This document shows, in pieces, positions 31,084-41,581 of a stretch of DNA of 64,000 nt (positions within the stretch are counted from its first letter, which is position 1; the number at the start of each line of letters is the position of its first letter). The stretch is from an uncultured Bacilli bacterium (GTDB taxonomy: Bacteria > Bacillota_I > Bacilli_A > RF39 > UBA660). Made by a program: the position numbers and the translations under genes. Location of the stretch: the NCBI GenBank assembly GCA_949841325.1, contig CATKZK010000001.1, forward strand, positions 4,733 through 68,732. Direction: 5' to 3'. The notes under the pieces were generated by a model. It saw nothing but the letters and a program-made list of their open reading frames with translations, did not search any database and was not told the DNA's origin.

Positions 31084-32046
31084 TTGAAAAGAAAGGAAGA
31101 AGAGCAGATGCAAAAAATGATTGAGGTAAAACATTTAACAAAGTATTACAAAGATTTTAAGGCAATAGATGATTTATCTTTTTTTGTAAAAGAAGGGGAG
31201 ATACTTGGCCTTCTCGGACCTAATGGTAGTGGAAAATCGACGACAATTAACTGTCTTTTATCCTTGCTTCATTTTAAGAATGGAAGTATTCAAATTTTAG
31301 GAAGAGAAATGAAACCAGAGTCCTATGATATAAAAAAACAAATTGGTGTCGTATTTCAAGAAGTCGCTGTATTTGAAGAATTAAATGTCTATGAAAATAT
31401 TGATTACTTTTGTGGTCTTTATATTGAAGATGAGGAGACACGCAAAAAATATGTAGAAGAGGCTATTTCGTTAGTTGGGTTAGAACGTTATAGAAAGTTT
31501 TATCCTAAACAGTTGTCAGGCGGACTTTTAAGAAGACTTAATATTGCCTGTGGAATTGCTCATAAACCTCGTCTCATTTTTCTTGATGAACCAACTGTTG
31601 CTGTTGATCCTCAAAGTCGAAATAATATTTTAGAAGGAATAGAGAAATTAAGAGAAAAAGGAGCTACAATTGTATATACAACTCACTATATGGAAGAAGT
31701 AGAAATATTGTGCGATCGAATTATTATTTTAGATAAAGGACATATTATTGCAGAAGGAACGGCTACTGAATTAAAGGAACATGCAAACATTGAAGAAAAG
31801 ATAACCGTAGAAGGTTTGAAATTGACAAAAGATCAGTTTGAAAATATTCGAAATTTAAAAAATGTAGACAAGGTACGATTTGTTGAAAATGTATTAACGA
31901 TTACGTATAAAAGCGGACAAAATAATATAAGTGTACTTATTGAGTTTTTAAGAAATCACAATATTACTTACCAAAGTATTTTCTCAGAACGCCCAACTCT
32001 AAATGATGTTTTCTTAAATTTAACAGGAAAGGAATTGAGAGATTGA
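31084..32046 (+). CDS. ABC transporter ATP-binding protein (ABC-2 type)
   Basis: GPNGSGKST, LSGGLLRRLNIA, LIFLDEPT; probable start at 31108. Confidence 0.85.
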   Translation: MKRKEEEQMQKMIEVKHLTKYYKDFKAIDDLSFFVKEGEILGLLGPNGSGKSTTINCLLSLLHFKNGSIQILGREMKPESYDIKKQIGVVFQEVAVFEELNVYENIDYFCGLYIEDEETRKKYVEEAISLVGLERYRKFYPKQLSGGLLRRLNIACGIAHKPRLIFLDEPTVAVDPQSRNNILEGIEKLREKGATIVYTTHYMEEVEILCDRIIILDKGHIIAEGTATELKEHANIEEKITVEGLKLTKDQFENIRNLKNVDKVRFVENVLTITYKSGQNNISVLIEFLRNHNITYQSIFSERPTLNDVFLNLTGKELRD

Positions 32047-33215
32047 TGTTTTGGCATAATTTTAAATACTCAGTAAAAACTCTTTTAAAAAATAAAATCC
32101 TTCTTTTTTGGGTCTTTGCCTTTCCTATCGTATTAGGTGTCTTCTTTCATCTTGCTTTTCAAAATATTGAAAAGAATGAAAAGTTGAAGATTATTGATAT
32201 TGGAGTAGTCGATGATTTGCAATTTCAAAATAGAAGTATTTTTAAAGAAGCATTGAACACTTTAAGTGAAAAGGGCGAAAATCAGATGTTTTCTATCACA
32301 TATGGAGATGAAGAAGAACTGCATGAACAATTAGAAAAGAAAGAAATTACAGGATATGTTTCCTTTGGAAAAGATGATGTCTATCTTTTTGTTAGAAAAA
32401 GCGGTATTAATGAGACTATTTTTCGATATGTTATTGATGAGATCGCAAGTAATGAAAAAATAATTAATCACTATATATCAGATGGAATGTCCTATGTTGG
32501 GAATGAAAATGTAGATTTCAATATGATGATTCAAAATATGATGCAAACTATAGAAAGTAGTCAAGGAAATATTGAGAATGTTTCAAATGAAAATTTGAGT
32601 TATACGATGATTGAATATTATACATTAATTGCCATGGCTTGTCTTTATGGAGGAATTTTTGCTATGGTCATAATGAATAGTAAATTAGCTAATATGAATG
32701 CGACAGGAAAAAGAACCGCAATCTCTTCTTTATCGAAAGGGAAGTTGATTATCAGTAGTTTACTTGCGAGCTATATTGTTCAATTGCTAGGAATTGTTTT
32801 GTTATTTTTATTTACTATCATCTGTTTAAAAGTAGATTATGGACATCATTTACCATTTGTTATTTTGCTTTCATTTGTAGGATGTTTGGGAGGACTTTCA
32901 TTAGGTATTTTTGTCTCAGCGATGTTTAAGAAAAATGAAAATACAAAGACAGGTATTTTAATTGCCTTCACTATGTTAGGTTGTTTCTTATCGGGAATGA
33001 TGGGGATTACAATGAAGTATACTATCGATAAGTATATTCCTATTTTAAATAAAATCAATCCAGCAAGTATGATTACAGATGGCTTTTATTCTCTCTATTA
33101 CTATGGTCCAAATAAGAGATTTTTCTTTAATATCATCAGCATACTTCTCTTTACTATAGTTTTAACAGCAGTTTCTATTAGAGAAATAAGGAGGCAAAAA
33201 TATGACAGTATTTAA
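32043..33215 (+). CDS. ABC-2 family permease
   Basis: N-terminal TM, then a large extracytoplasmic loop and 5 C-terminal TM segments; coupled to the ATPase gene. Confidence 0.6.
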   Translation: MMFWHNFKYSVKTLLKNKILLFWVFAFPIVLGVFFHLAFQNIEKNEKLKIIDIGVVDDLQFQNRSIFKEALNTLSEKGENQMFSITYGDEEELHEQLEKKEITGYVSFGKDDVYLFVRKSGINETIFRYVIDEIASNEKIINHYISDGMSYVGNENVDFNMMIQNMMQTIESSQGNIENVSNENLSYTMIEYYTLIAMACLYGGIFAMVIMNSKLANMNATGKRTAISSLSKGKLIISSLLASYIVQLLGIVLLFLFTIICLKVDYGHHLPFVILLSFVGCLGGLSLGIFVSAMFKKNENTKTGILIAFTMLGCFLSGMMGITMKYTIDKYIPILNKINPASMITDGFYSLYYYGPNKRFFFNIISILLFTIVLTAVSIREIRRQKYDSI

Positions 33216-34347
33216 GACGTTTTGGAAAGTCGTAAATCATTATAAAGGGACTATTATTCTTTATACTGTACTGCTTATAGTATTTGGTGGAATGAATATG
33301 AAATCGAATAATCAAATGGATTTTGTTGATAGTAAACCTGATGTTTTTATTGTAAATAAGGATGTATCAAATAAGATAACAGATAATTTGATTTCGTATA
33401 TGGAAAAGAATAGTCATATTGTTGACTTACAAGAAAAAGAGGAAAAGATTAAAGATGCTCTTTTTTATCGAGATGTAAATTATGTCATTTATATTCCCGA
33501 AAATTATGGCTCTTTGGTTTTAAATGGTCAAAATCCCAAAATCGAAATTGAATCGACAGGGGACTATCAGGCTTCTCTTGCGGAAATGCTATTAAATCGT
33601 TATTTAAAAATACAAAATCTTGAGCAAATGGCGTATATGGAACAAAATGAATTGATCAATGCTATTAATGAAAATTTAGGACATCAAGCGAGTATTACTT
33701 CAATTTCATCATTAGATGAAGTTGGTTTAACAAACGCTAGTAATTATTTTAATTTTGCAAGTTATAGTATATTAGCTGTTGTTATTTTAGTCATTGGTTT
33801 AGTTTTAGCAAGTTTTAATGAACTAAATATTCGTAAGAGAACGGTAACGAGTCCTATGCCTTATCAAAAGTATAATTTTCATCTATTACTTTCAAGTTTA
33901 CTTTATGCAGGTTGTGCTTGGTTTCTTTTTTGCTTTTTAGGAATATGTCTATTAGGTAAAACCGTTCTTTCTATAAGAGGAATATGGTATATGTTAAATG
34001 CCTTATTTTTTACAGTAAGTGCTTTAGCATTAGCGTTACTAATTAGTACTTTAACAAAAAATAAGAATGCTATGAATGGCATTGTCAATGTTGTTGCTCT
34101 AGGTTCTGCCTTTTTATGTGGGGCTTTTGTTCCTGCAGAATGGTTGCCTAATTTTGTATTGAAAATTGCTCATATATTACCAGCTTATTGGTACATTAAT
34201 ACAAATAACTGTTTAAAAGAAATAGAGAATCTTTCCTTTGGAACTTTAAAGCCTATTTTATTTAATTTTTTCATTCTAATACTGTTCACTGTTGGTTTTA
34301 TTTTAATTAATAATTACCTATCAAGAAGAAAACAAAGAATAGATTAA
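33202..34347 (+). CDS. ABC-2 family permease (second subunit)
   Basis: same topology as the preceding gene; overlapping starts. Confidence 0.6.
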   Translation: MTVFKTFWKVVNHYKGTIILYTVLLIVFGGMNMKSNNQMDFVDSKPDVFIVNKDVSNKITDNLISYMEKNSHIVDLQEKEEKIKDALFYRDVNYVIYIPENYGSLVLNGQNPKIEIESTGDYQASLAEMLLNRYLKIQNLEQMAYMEQNELINAINENLGHQASITSISSLDEVGLTNASNYFNFASYSILAVVILVIGLVLASFNELNIRKRTVTSPMPYQKYNFHLLLSSLLYAGCAWFLFCFLGICLLGKTVLSIRGIWYMLNALFFTVSALALALLISTLTKNKNAMNGIVNVVALGSAFLCGAFVPAEWLPNFVLKIAHILPAYWYINTNNCLKEIENLSFGTLKPILFNFFILILFTVGFILINNYLSRRKQRID

Positions 34348-34355
34348 AAGCAAAG

Positions 34356-34387
34356 AAAAAGTCATTTTTATATGACTTTTCTTTTGT
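34356..34387. terminator. bidirectional terminator between convergent genes
   Basis: AAAAAGTCAT-tttta-TATGACTTTTT. Confidence 0.6.
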
Positions 34388-34401
34388 ATAAATGGAGTAT
34401 T

Positions 34402-35409
34402 TTAATTATCCAATTTTTTCAATTGATCAGAAAATAAGATAAGAAGAGCAATTCCTACGAAGATGAGTCCATAACCACCTATTAATAAATAGTCTTTCCG
34501 CTTTGTTTCCTTTTTCTTTTCATTGGAAGTTTTTTCTATTTCTTCATTTTTACGCGTGATGGTTAAATTGTACTGTTTCATTGTTCCATCTTCTGCTGAA
34601 ACATTCACTTGTATTGTATTTACTCCTATTGCCAATTTCTGTTCTTCTAACGTTTCTGTCTTTGCCTTTATATCTTCTGTTTTTGCAGTAATTGTAATGC
34701 TTTCTGTTTCATATGGCACTTCTGCTGTATAGTCAAATATTTCTTTTTTAAGCTCTACTTTTTTATCATTGATAAGAAGTTCACTTAAGTAAGCATTATT
34801 GGACATCTTTATTGATGGTGTTGTCGAAGTTATAGTTGTTTTTGTTGTAGAAAGAGTCGTTGTTGTCATCTTTTGGGTTGTAGTTGTTTTAGGAATATTA
34901 TCTAAATAAATATAACCGATTAAATCACCTGGAGATATCCAATAACTCGCATTTTTTTCACAGGCAATGGATTTAGCATATTTACTGCAAGCTCGACTAG
35001 ATTCTTCATCAACTGCAAGATCATTGCACTCTTTCCACTTCTCATCGCTTTCATCAATACATGATGAATCAGAATCCCATACATAAATTTTATTTCCACT
35101 TACACGTTCGACATAACCAACATGTCCATACTTATCCCATTCCCAAACGACAATAGATTTTGCTTTGGGTGTTTTTCCTACCTCAAATCCGGCTTTCTTT
35201 GCTGAGGCATACCAAGTTCTTGCATTTCCCCATCCTGGAAGCGAAACTCCTGCTTTATCATGTGCCTGTTGCCAAGCATACCAAGTACAATTTGTTCCCC
35301 ACTGTGTTGCCTTCTTATAGGGATTCTTATCTGCATATACAGTGGAAATATTTACAATGCTTATAATTAATATTAAGGCAATAAAAAGTAAAAAGCTTTT
35401 CTTTTTCAA
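34402..35409 (-). CDS. secreted CHAP-domain peptidoglycan hydrolase with a cadherin-like beta-sandwich domain and a C-terminal membrane anchor
   Basis: signal peptide; CHAP motifs (CTWYAWQQ...; HVGYVERV); Thr-rich linker; C-terminal TM. Confidence 0.7.
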   Translation of the reverse strand: MKKKSFLLFIALILIISIVNISTVYADKNPYKKATQWGTNCTWYAWQQAHDKAGVSLPGWGNARTWYASAKKAGFEVGKTPKAKSIVVWEWDKYGHVGYVERVSGNKIYVWDSDSSCIDESDEKWKECNDLAVDEESSRACSKYAKSIACEKNASYWISPGDLIGYIYLDNIPKTTTTQKMTTTTLSTTKTTITSTTPSIKMSNNAYLSELLINDKKVELKKEIFDYTAEVPYETESITITAKTEDIKAKTETLEEQKLAIGVNTIQVNVSAEDGTMKQYNLTITRKNEEIEKTSNEKKKETKRKDYLLIGGYGLIFVGIALLILFSDQLKKLDN

Positions 35410-35546
35410 AATAGACTCACTCCTCTAAAAACTATATTGATATCTTTAAATAGCTTGTAAACTAAAACAAGTATAGCATTATTTGTTTTCTACGGCAATG
35501 GGAAAACGTATTCTTTTAAAGCAAAAAAAGCAAGTGATTTTAACTA

Positions 35547-36500
35547 CTATCGCCCGCTTTTTTCACTTTGTACATACAACAACTGTTTTGGAATATCCCT
35601 CTCAGCTTCTTCTTTAATTTCCACTTTTTCTCCAAAGAGGACATCAAAAATATGATGGTAATCTTCATTTGTTAGTTTCACGATTCCATTATTTCTTTTA
35701 TAAATAATGATACTGATTAAAACTTTTGCAATATAGGAATCAAATGGATGAATGGTAAAATCAAAGACATCTTTAATCCCTTTAATATTATAGCCACCAG
35801 CATAATTTAAATGAGATGATAAATAAGAGCTAAATACTTGTTTCTCTGAGGATAACGGCAATGTCATATATTCGCTATAGCCTTCATTATAATAATTGAT
35901 AAGACCCTCTCTATCCCAAAAGCGATGAGTTGGACATTCGATTCCTAATGTATTTTTACTGTTTTTATCTGCTTCTATACAAAGTAAGTTTTTTCCTTTC
36001 GCATATAAATCAATCTTTGTATTTACTTTATCGGAATTGATATACTTTCCATTAAACTCTTTAAATGGAGCTAGCGTAAATGCATTTCCTACTAAAAAAT
36101 ATAGATGTGCTACATTACTAAAAGTTTGACCTCCATATACGGGCATTCCCTTTAATTCAGTAGCGCCTACTGTTAAGATTTCAAATTCTTGATCTGCTCT
36201 AAATTGATATAGATGCTTGACTATTTCTGCAAGTTCTTTTACATTTAATTCTCCATCTTGTTGTAGTGGGAAAGACCCTCTTCTAGAGACATAAATCTGT
36301 AATGCATCCATATTTGGAAATCTTTCATATAAAACAAATTCTTTATTCCTTTTTCTATTATAGAAATTTTCATAGGCATCGGCAATATATCCATAAATAT
36401 CATTTTGTAATGTATTTACTTTTTTTAGAAAATGATTTGCTTCTTTTCTTTTTTCTTCTAAAGACTGTATTTCTTTTTGTAATGTTTTTATTTTATCCAT
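35547..36500 (-). CDS. hypothetical protein (N-terminal coiled coil)
   Basis: 317-aa ORF, no recognised motif. Confidence 0.45.
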   Translation of the reverse strand: MDKIKTLQKEIQSLEEKRKEANHFLKKVNTLQNDIYGYIADAYENFYNRKRNKEFVLYERFPNMDALQIYVSRRGSFPLQQDGELNVKELAEIVKHLYQFRADQEFEILTVGATELKGMPVYGGQTFSNVAHLYFLVGNAFTLAPFKEFNGKYINSDKVNTKIDLYAKGKNLLCIEADKNSKNTLGIECPTHRFWDREGLINYYNEGYSEYMTLPLSSEKQVFSSYLSSHLNYAGGYNIKGIKDVFDFTIHPFDSYIAKVLISIIIYKRNNGIVKLTNEDYHHIFDVLFGEKVEIKEEAERDIPKQLLYVQSEKSGR

Positions 36501-36524
36501 AGTATATCCTCTTTTCCGATTCGT

Positions 36525-38045
36525 TTAATTGTGATAACTCTTTATTTTATCGTCAGTACTCTGCGTTTTTTGTCTCTTCTCGATCGTTTCTAACGTATTG
36601 ATGATGTACTGCTGTTTATAAGGCGTTGCATTTATATAGTCTTCTTTTACTTTTTGTTCTCCGCCATAACGATCGATCGTTTCAGTAGAATATACTTTTA
36701 AACTTTCTGGTAGCTTGTAATCATTTTGGTAAAAGGAGAATAACGCCTCTTCATCATCTATTTTTACGATTTCTTCATTTTCAAGTTCATTTGATGAAGC
36801 AAGTGCCTCTAATGCTTTTTTCATATGTTCTTTTGTCCACTTCATCACATAAAGTGCATCTGTTGGTCCTAGTTTACATACTAAATCTTTAAGTGTTTGT
36901 TGAATCATTTGATGTAATTCTCTTAAAATTGGTTTCATTTTTTGTTTAAAAGATGGAGTAAAATATTGCCAACTAAAGTAAAGTGCGACTGTGTGAATCC
37001 ATAAATCAATACAGTCATTTTCTTTTGCTAAATAAAGACGTGTATTAAATGGTTTGCTTTTCATTTCGTGATAAAAACGATTTGGTATTTTAAATAATTC
37101 ATTTGGCAAAATGTGATTATATAATTCTTTAGGAAAGTTTCCTTTTGCATTGAGATGCCATCCTACATACATTCTCTTAGCACGGTTTATTTTTTCAATC
37201 AAGTCTAAACTTTGAAAAGAGAGGGGGAGTGTAATAATAACACCATTTTTATTAAAAGAACCAAATTTGATTTCATTTTCTTTAGAAATATTTGATGCAA
37301 TCAAAACACTAGAACCAATCAGTAATATATCGTTTGTCATAAATCCTACTGTTCTTTCTTTTGGATAGGGGCTTACTAAAGCATCTTGTTTTGTAAGATA
37401 CATCGTTTTCTTCTTTGGAATGCATTCAATAAGCTTAATAGTAGCAGATCCATTAAAGAGCATTTGTTCATGAATGGTTAAATCAACACCATTGTTGATT
37501 TCTGTAATTGTGTAATATCCTTCCTGAAAACCTTTTATATAGAGAAGATATTGCTTAAATAAATTACAAGGCAATTCGTGGAGTTTTTCTTTTTCTAATT
37601 TTTTTAATTCTTCGTATGCAGATTCAATTGATTTGTGTTGAACAAATAAAGGAAGCGCACGAATGTCATTGCCAAATATACTATTTTTTGTATATTCAAG
37701 TTCAGAAATATCATGTAGAGAAATTTTACCTGTACGGTCAATCGCTTGATAAAGACAAGGTTCATTTTCATTTTTATAGTAAACTGTTAAAATTTGAAAG
37801 TCTCTTTCTTTGTCTTTTTTATTCTTTTCAGTTACTAGAAGTTTAGACGTATCAAAATTGCCTTTCATATATTCCAGTGGATATTGCCTAGGATTTTTAT
37901 AATTGCAAACATTAATATTCTGACATTCTTTTAGAATGTGACTATTCACAAGCTGACTATGCACAGTCTCCTTTTTATGTTCAGTATCTACCATATCCAC
38001 ATAATACTCTCTATTTTTCTTATATATACTTAATAGTAAAATCAT
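36525..38045 (-). CDS. hypothetical protein
   Basis: 506-aa ORF, no recognised motif. Confidence 0.45.
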   Translation of the reverse strand: MILLLSIYKKNREYYVDMVDTEHKKETVHSQLVNSHILKECQNINVCNYKNPRQYPLEYMKGNFDTSKLLVTEKNKKDKERDFQILTVYYKNENEPCLYQAIDRTGKISLHDISELEYTKNSIFGNDIRALPLFVQHKSIESAYEELKKLEKEKLHELPCNLFKQYLLYIKGFQEGYYTITEINNGVDLTIHEQMLFNGSATIKLIECIPKKKTMYLTKQDALVSPYPKERTVGFMTNDILLIGSSVLIASNISKENEIKFGSFNKNGVIITLPLSFQSLDLIEKINRAKRMYVGWHLNAKGNFPKELYNHILPNELFKIPNRFYHEMKSKPFNTRLYLAKENDCIDLWIHTVALYFSWQYFTPSFKQKMKPILRELHQMIQQTLKDLVCKLGPTDALYVMKWTKEHMKKALEALASSNELENEEIVKIDDEEALFSFYQNDYKLPESLKVYSTETIDRYGGEQKVKEDYINATPYKQQYIINTLETIEKRQKTQSTDDKIKSYHN

Positions 38046-38109
38046 GGCCTCACACTCCTAGATGTATATTTATTATATCACATTCAAAAGTATTTAAAAT
38101 ACAAAAATA

Positions 38110-38676
38110 TTATTTCTTTTTTGCAACAAAGTCAAAGTAATGCCACTTTTTATTTTCTAAGTCTTTTATATACTCTTGTTCTTTCCATTTTATAATTTCA
38201 TAATCTTTTAATAACTCTAAAACTTCTTCTTTGGTAAAGGTAGAAACCTCTTTATTTTCTTTATGAAAACATCTATCTCCAAAAAGATTTGCGGCGAAAA
38301 TTCCTCCTGAAGGAAGAACCTCATAGATAGTATTCCATAAATCATTAAACTTAGAAGGAGAACAAAATGGCTATGCAAAAGTTGTTAAGATGCAATCTGT
38401 TTTTGGTAGCTTTATTTCCTCAAACTTTCCTTTTTGCATTACTAATGCCTTTTTTTCTTCTTCTGTTATTCTATCTAAAATATATTCTTCTTTTAAAAAA
38501 GCATTTAATCGCGATTACTTTTTTTCCTTTTTTAGCATATAAACCGTATTATTACCGCTTCCGCAACCTAAGTCAATAATCGATTGAAAAGACAATTTAT
38601 TTGCTAGAAAAACGGCTAAATAATTGGGCTTTGTTCGATAGGTACTTTCTTGATATTCCTCCCATTTCAACTTCAT
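38110..38676 (-). pseudogene. class I SAM-dependent methyltransferase disrupted by two in-frame stop codons
   Basis: minus-strand translation gives MKLKWEEYQESTYRTKPNYLAVFLANKLSFQSIIDLGCGSGNNTVYMLKKEKK*SRLN...ILTTFA*PFCSPSKFNDLWNTIYEVLPSGGIFAANLFG...; motif I and a post-I-like segment in one frame, interrupted by a TAA and a TAG. Confidence 0.5.
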
Positions 38677-38711
38677 TACCTCATAAACTATTCTATATTA
38701 TTCATAATAAA

Positions 38712-39644
38712 TTACTTAACTTGATAAGATTTCATCGGATCTTTTATTAATTCTCTTTGATAACCAAGTACTCTAGTCCCTTCATGACGAACTTGACTAT
38801 CTTCATATATTAAAAAATTTTTATAATCTTTAGCTGTATAATTTGTTTCATATCGTAAGTCTTTATCTTCATAGTATAAAGCATTACGATAACTTAAAGC
38901 AAATCCATCTAAGTAAGCTTTTAGCACATCGTCAGTTAATTCAATCCACCCATATTTATTAATAACTGTAGCTACTTGAGTGCGCAAATGATCTAAAGTC
39001 ATATAGATACCTGCAAGTGGTGGGAAAACATACGGAACTCCCATTCTTTCCAATCGCGTATCATTTTCTATAAAAAATTGTTTATAAGATACATCGACTA
39101 AATAATAAGTATTCCCATGTTCAATAATATTGAAATAATGGTAGCCATTTCCATCAAATAGAGTTGCCTCTTCATCAAATCCAGGATCTATTCTTACTAC
39201 ATGACATTTTAAATCACATCGTTTAGCAGCTTCCTTAACGTGATTAGAAGCAACCTCACACATATTCATTACATCATATTTATCATAGTGTTTGCGAAGA
39301 TCTAGATTTCCAATTAATCTTTTCCTCGTATAGTAAACGACATAATCCAAATAGTCTAAAACGGAATAAGTGGTTCTATTTTTACTATAGTTAACGTTAT
39401 TATTAACGCCTCGTAAATCTCTAAAAAAACCTTTAGTATCACAAATATAGTCAGTTCGCAAGTTTATCAGTTCAACATTTAATTTTCTTATATACTGACG
39501 ATACTCATCATTCATTTTTATTCCATCATAATAATATGGTGCTACTATTTTTATTTTCCTTAGTATTTTATCTAAATTCTCATATCGTTTATAAGGTTTA
39601 ACTAATACAGCTTTTGCTTCCTTTATAATTTCTTCCACAGTCAT
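38712..39644 (-). CDS. transglutaminase-like / papain-fold cysteine protease domain protein
   Basis: Cys-His-Asp arrangement (MCEVASNHVKEAAKRCDLKCHVV ... GYHYFNIIEH ... YYLVDVS) matching the transglutaminase core pattern. Confidence 0.45.
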   Translation of the reverse strand: MTVEEIIKEAKAVLVKPYKRYENLDKILRKIKIVAPYYYDGIKMNDEYRQYIRKLNVELINLRTDYICDTKGFFRDLRGVNNNVNYSKNRTTYSVLDYLDYVVYYTRKRLIGNLDLRKHYDKYDVMNMCEVASNHVKEAAKRCDLKCHVVRIDPGFDEEATLFDGNGYHYFNIIEHGNTYYLVDVSYKQFFIENDTRLERMGVPYVFPPLAGIYMTLDHLRTQVATVINKYGWIELTDDVLKAYLDGFALSYRNALYYEDKDLRYETNYTAKDYKNFLIYEDSQVRHEGTRVLGYQRELIKDPMKSYQVK

Positions 39645-39862
39645 TTCTTCCTTTTTTTATAGAGTATTATATATTATTTTGAGGAAGTTCGCAAACTTTA
39701 ATAGTTAAAGATGTTATTTCCAAAGTTAGGAGAAATAAAAGGCATATAAATAAAAAGGTTAAAATCTAAAAAATGCTTTATAATTGAATTGTAACTAAAC
39801 AATGGAAGCAGGCTTTAACCCTATGAAATGCATATTAGTTTTCTAATCGTCTAATCTACTCA

Positions 39863-41581
39863 TTATTTTATAGTTATTGTCCCTTCATCCCCGTCAAGCA
39901 CTACTTCTAATTCATCTTGAAGAGAAAGTTTTTTTACCACTTCACCACCAACACCAGTAATACATGGTATTCCCAATTCTCTAGATACTATTCCTGCGTG
40001 ACACAAGAAACCGCCACTTGCAGTGATTACGCCTTTTGCTTTCATCATATGAGGAATCCAATCAGGATCTGTAACCCAAGCAAGTAATATATTTCCCGTT
40101 TTAAATTTTTCTGTTGGAGAATTTAAAAATTGTATTTTACCTTCCACTTTTCCACTAGAACATGCAAGTCCTTTGATCGTATGATTAGAAACGGATTTTG
40201 TTTTACGTAATTGTTTTTTTACCTTTACAGTTACTGGTCTAAATTGAAGCATAACAAGTTTATCATTTAATACCATCCATTCAAAATCGGAAATCGTTTT
40301 TAATTTCTTTTGCATGTTCGTCAGTTGTTTTCCTACTGAATTTCCATTAATTGTTAAACAATTATTTAATTCATTCATAGAATTTTTAAAAAATTCATTT
40401 TTAGGAATGACCTTCCCTGATACTAGTTTTTCTCCATTTCCTTCTGTATATTCTAATAAACCACTGGTTAAGTTATTTCCCATCCAAACGCCTGAAAGTT
40501 GTGGTTCAATAAATTCTTGTATAATGACTGCCATATGTGGTTTTTCCAAATTGTTTTTCTTAATATAACTTTTTAAACGAGCATTTTTTACTGAATCTTT
40601 TACTTTTTTTATATTTTCAATTAGCATTTTTCTTTCTACATTTAAATATGAATCAAACATTCCAGCAAAGGAATAATTTTCCCCATCTTCAATATCGGCA
40701 GAACTTCGAACCGAAAAAAATCTTATTTCTTGAGGGATATTTGCATCTATTTCTTCATAGGTAATATTTTTACCGATAGGAATGATGACAGTCCAAGGAA
40801 TTGTGGCGCCTATGGTTTTTAATTTTGCGAGACCATAACTTTTTCCACCAAACAAACTTAAAGCCTCTTTTTTCATATCTAAATTTACTAATAAACTTAT
40901 GATTTCGATATCCACAATTTTCTTTTTACTTATTCTTTCTAAAACAATTTTAGTCAATATGGCATTTTCTAAATCTTCCTTTTCTGAAAATTCGGCATAA
41001 CATTGTTTTAAATAGGAAAAAGAAAATTTTTCCAATGTATTATAATAAAAATGATGTTGTTTGTCTTGCCATTCTTTAAAAAGAATATATTTTTTTAAAC
41101 ATTCCACATTTTCAATGGATAATAGATCATCCGTTTTTTTAGTTGCTTGTATTTTTTGAATATCATCGGATAAATAAATTTGATCAACAAGTGCAATTGT
41201 ATTTAAATAATTACTACCATACATTTTCTGTAGTTCTCTTAATGTCTTATCGTTTAATTTACAATGTTCATCAAAAGCTTCTAGCAGATAGAAATAGGAT
41301 AGACTTAATAATACATGATTTCCAATAGAACGAGTTGGCAAAGAATTCTTTTGAGCCAATTTTAAATGCATGACTGTTTTTTCATGAAGGTTTGTAAAAA
41401 TCGTATTTATTGTTTCTGCTTTTATTTTTTTATTTAACTGTTGAATTAATTCTAATACAGTAGCATTAAATTCGGTATCGACAAAACATTGTAATAGTAT
41501 TCTCTTTTGTAAGTATTCATCTGTAATGAACTTAAATATTTCGTTTGCTGTTGTTAAAATTTCATTTTTATTATTTTTCAT
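39863..41581 (-). CDS. PEP-utilising enzyme family phosphotransferase (unknown N-domain + ATP-grasp-like nucleotide-binding domain + phospho-His swivel domain)
   Basis: LFGGKSYGLAKL resembles the PpsA/PPDK N-terminal nucleotide-binding motif; C-terminal GGFLCHAGIVSRELGIPCITGV is the PEP-utilisers mobile-domain signature. Confidence 0.6.
   Translation of the reverse strand: MKNNKNEILTTANEIFKFITDEYLQKRILLQCFVDTEFNATVLELIQQLNKKIKAETINTIFTNLHEKTVMHLKLAQKNSLPTRSIGNHVLLSLSYFYLLEAFDEHCKLNDKTLRELQKMYGSNYLNTIALVDQIYLSDDIQKIQATKKTDDLLSIENVECLKKYILFKEWQDKQHHFYYNTLEKFSFSYLKQCYAEFSEKEDLENAILTKIVLERISKKKIVDIEIISLLVNLDMKKEALSLFGGKSYGLAKLKTIGATIPWTVIIPIGKNITYEEIDANIPQEIRFFSVRSSADIEDGENYSFAGMFDSYLNVERKMLIENIKKVKDSVKNARLKSYIKKNNLEKPHMAVIIQEFIEPQLSGVWMGNNLTSGLLEYTEGNGEKLVSGKVIPKNEFFKNSMNELNNCLTINGNSVGKQLTNMQKKLKTISDFEWMVLNDKLVMLQFRPVTVKVKKQLRKTKSVSNHTIKGLACSSGKVEGKIQFLNSPTEKFKTGNILLAWVTDPDWIPHMMKAKGVITASGGFLCHAGIVSRELGIPCITGVGGEVVKKLSLQDELEVVLDGDEGTITIK

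Noticed and set aside
38110-38676. Possibility that the in-frame TAA/TAG in the methyltransferase reflect an alternative genetic code or programmed readthrough
   Set aside because: TAA, TAG and TGA each terminate well-conserved genes in this window at the expected positions (uvrA TAA, mrnC TGA, etc.), so standard code 11 applies and the locus is better explained as a pseudogene.
34402-41581. Lasso-peptide/RiPP cluster suggested by the transglutaminase-like protease next to an ABC exporter and a kinase-like gene
   Set aside because: There is no asparagine-synthetase-like lactam synthetase, no PqqD/RRE gene and no plausible precursor peptide. The ABC genes are on the opposite strand in a separate operon.
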